This document shows positions 62,302-64,000 of a stretch of 64,000 nt of DNA, in pieces. Made by a program: the position numbers and the translations under genes. The notes below the pieces were generated by a model. That model was not told the DNA's origin and ran no database searches. It saw nothing but the letters and a program-made list of their open reading frames with translations. This DNA comes from Isurus oxyrinchus. Taxonomy: Eukaryota. How positions within the stretch are numbered: position 1 is the stretch's first letter; each line of letters opens with the position of its first letter. The DNA lies in NCBI GenBank assembly GCA_026770705.1, contig JANJGN010000036.1, positions 2,046,001-2,110,000 on the forward strand. Reading direction: 5' to 3'.

Positions 62302-62677
62302 TGTGACAATTGGAAATCTCCCAAAGGTGTAAACCAATAGGTCGATGTCAAGGACCAGGCCTCCTTCATCAATGAAGTCCATCACCAGGGTACTGACTAT
62401 GAAGGGGATGAGTAAAGCAATGAACGTGTGATAGATATTCCGGATGTGATTCACTTGGAACAGCTCATCAAGCAGAGATCGCCGAGATAAGAAGTGTTTT
62501 CCCTATTTCGGGGGGTGCACTTACCTGTTTGTAAGCCAGGGCTGTCTGCTGTTTGCTCACTGATGCACTTAAGAAAGGAGACATAGAGGAGTCCAGGGTG
62601 GTTGATTCATCAATCAGATTATCCACAAAATGGTTAAATTGAAAATCAAACTGCTTCAACAAGTCTGTCTTTATTTC
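62302..62677 (-). pseudogene. SOAT1: Intron-less SOAT1-like (sterol O-acyltransferase) fragment with one frameshift
   Basis: EIKTDLLKQFDFQFNHFVDNLIDES...APPEIGK / [64 protein letters not shown]. This matches the recalled vertebrate SOAT1 segment [36 protein letters not shown]. +1 frameshift in the A run at 62497-62500. Confidence 0.85.
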
Positions 62678-62744
62678 CAGAGGAAAATAAATTTCTATTA
62701 GACAAGGTTATATGGGATGGATGGGAATGTGGAACGAGAAAATT

Positions 62745-63075
62745 CAATGACCCTGTCTCCACCAACTTCTGAGGCAGAGAATTCCATATTTGCACAACCC
62801 TCAGAGACAGTAACATCCTCATCATCTCTGTCCTAAAAGGGCGACCCCTGATTTTGAAACAATGCCCCCTAGTTCTGGACTCACCCACAAGAGGAAACAT
62901 CCTTTCCACATCCACCTTGTCAAGGCTGTTCAGGATCTTGTTTGTTTCAATCAAATCACCTCTCACTCTTCTTAACTCCAGTGGAAACAAGCCCAGTCTC
63001 TCCAAGCTTTCTGTATAAGACGAGCCGCTCATTCCAGCTATCTGTCCAATAAACCTCTTCTGAACAATCTTCAAT
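62745..63075 (-). mobile_element. CR1 ORF2 C-terminal fragment; a CR1-type 3' tail resumes at ~62200-62272
   Basis: LERLGLFPLELRRVRGDLIE...RVVQIWNSLPQKLVETGSLNF. Confidence 0.8.
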
Positions 63076-64000
63076 GCAACATTTTTAATCAGCTGTCACT
63101 GCATTTACTCCATATTTTCACTACTATCAGAGAGAGATGTTTAAATGGGGCTCTCTGTACAGGGGTGGTAAACGTTGGCCTCTTGTACAACCCATGCTCT
63201 AGTAACCATGTTTGCTTCATTCTTTCATGTGATGTTGGAGTCGCTGGCAAAGGCCAGCATGTCAGAGTGAACGGTCGCTGTAACTGATTGGTGGAGCTTC
63301 CTTCTAAGAGTAGTTGTTAAATTGCACCACCATTCCCGACCGGGCTCAGAGGTATTACAGTGTACACACTATCTACTCACAGGCAGCACTGCAACAACTC
63401 GCCAAGGCTGCCACTGCCCAGAAAGACAAGAGCAGCAGATGCATAGGAAGATCTGCAAGTTCCACTCCAAGTCACACACCATCCTGACTTGAAATCTTTT
63501 CGTCGATTCGTCATTGTCGCTGGGTCAAAAACGTGGCACTCCCTAAGAGCAGTGTTGGTGAGACCACACCACATGGACTGCACCGGTTAATGGAGGCATC
63601 TTGCCTCCACCTTCTCAAATGGGAGCAAGGGGTCGGCGATATATTCTGCCATAGCCAATGACCCTCACATCCCGGGTATGAAGAAATAATATTTAATCGA
63701 GTCCTGCTTTGGTCAAACGGATGAATGTTAGATTCTTACAAACTTTTCACTCACTGTCCCCCAGTTTCAGTGCTCTAAAGGGATTCCTCATAACAGGTCA
63801 TCACATAGTTCCTCTGTCCAGCATGTACTGAATTCCCCCTGAGAAATATTTTCAATTAAATCCTAAAGCGGTTCTTCCGGAAAACCGGTAATATTCCTCT
63901 GGGAATGACGACCGTCAGGAACCTTTATTTCTGAGGTTAATAACAGGTTACAGGCATTTAAAACAGAGATGAGGCGATTTTTTTCTTTCTCTCAGAGCAT

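Overview
Eukaryotic, intron-containing vertebrate DNA. The CR1/L2 LINEs, Penelope remnants, tRNA-derived SINEs and a two-exon GPR139-like GPCR point to a cartilaginous fish (shark); this is inferred. The left half (2-32 kb) is a cluster of non-rearranging antigen-receptor-like genes, each built as leader / germline-joined V(J) exon / C1-type exon / Cys-bearing TM exon / short cytoplasmic exons, with no RSS seen. Gene A (+, 1961-7037, 300 aa) is intact. Gene B (-, 13781-18100) is its pseudogenised paralog. Gene C (-, 23607-31962, 344 aa) is a second, divergent chain type and has a duplicated terminal exon. Remnant D (+, 9469-11603) is an inverted 3' fragment of a C-type gene. B keeps two tail tyrosines (LTYSRA, TLYARL) and an uncharged TM. 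A has Asp at both positions (TAT vs GAT) and an Arg in the TM, so the cluster looks like a paired inhibitory/activating family of TCR/Ig-like germline receptors. The right half holds an intact GPR139-like GPCR (45483-51531), an intron-less SOAT1-like fragment embedded in a CR1 3' end, a possible unidentified decayed multi-exon gene, and many repeats. All gene models were spliced by hand from splice sites and exon phase.
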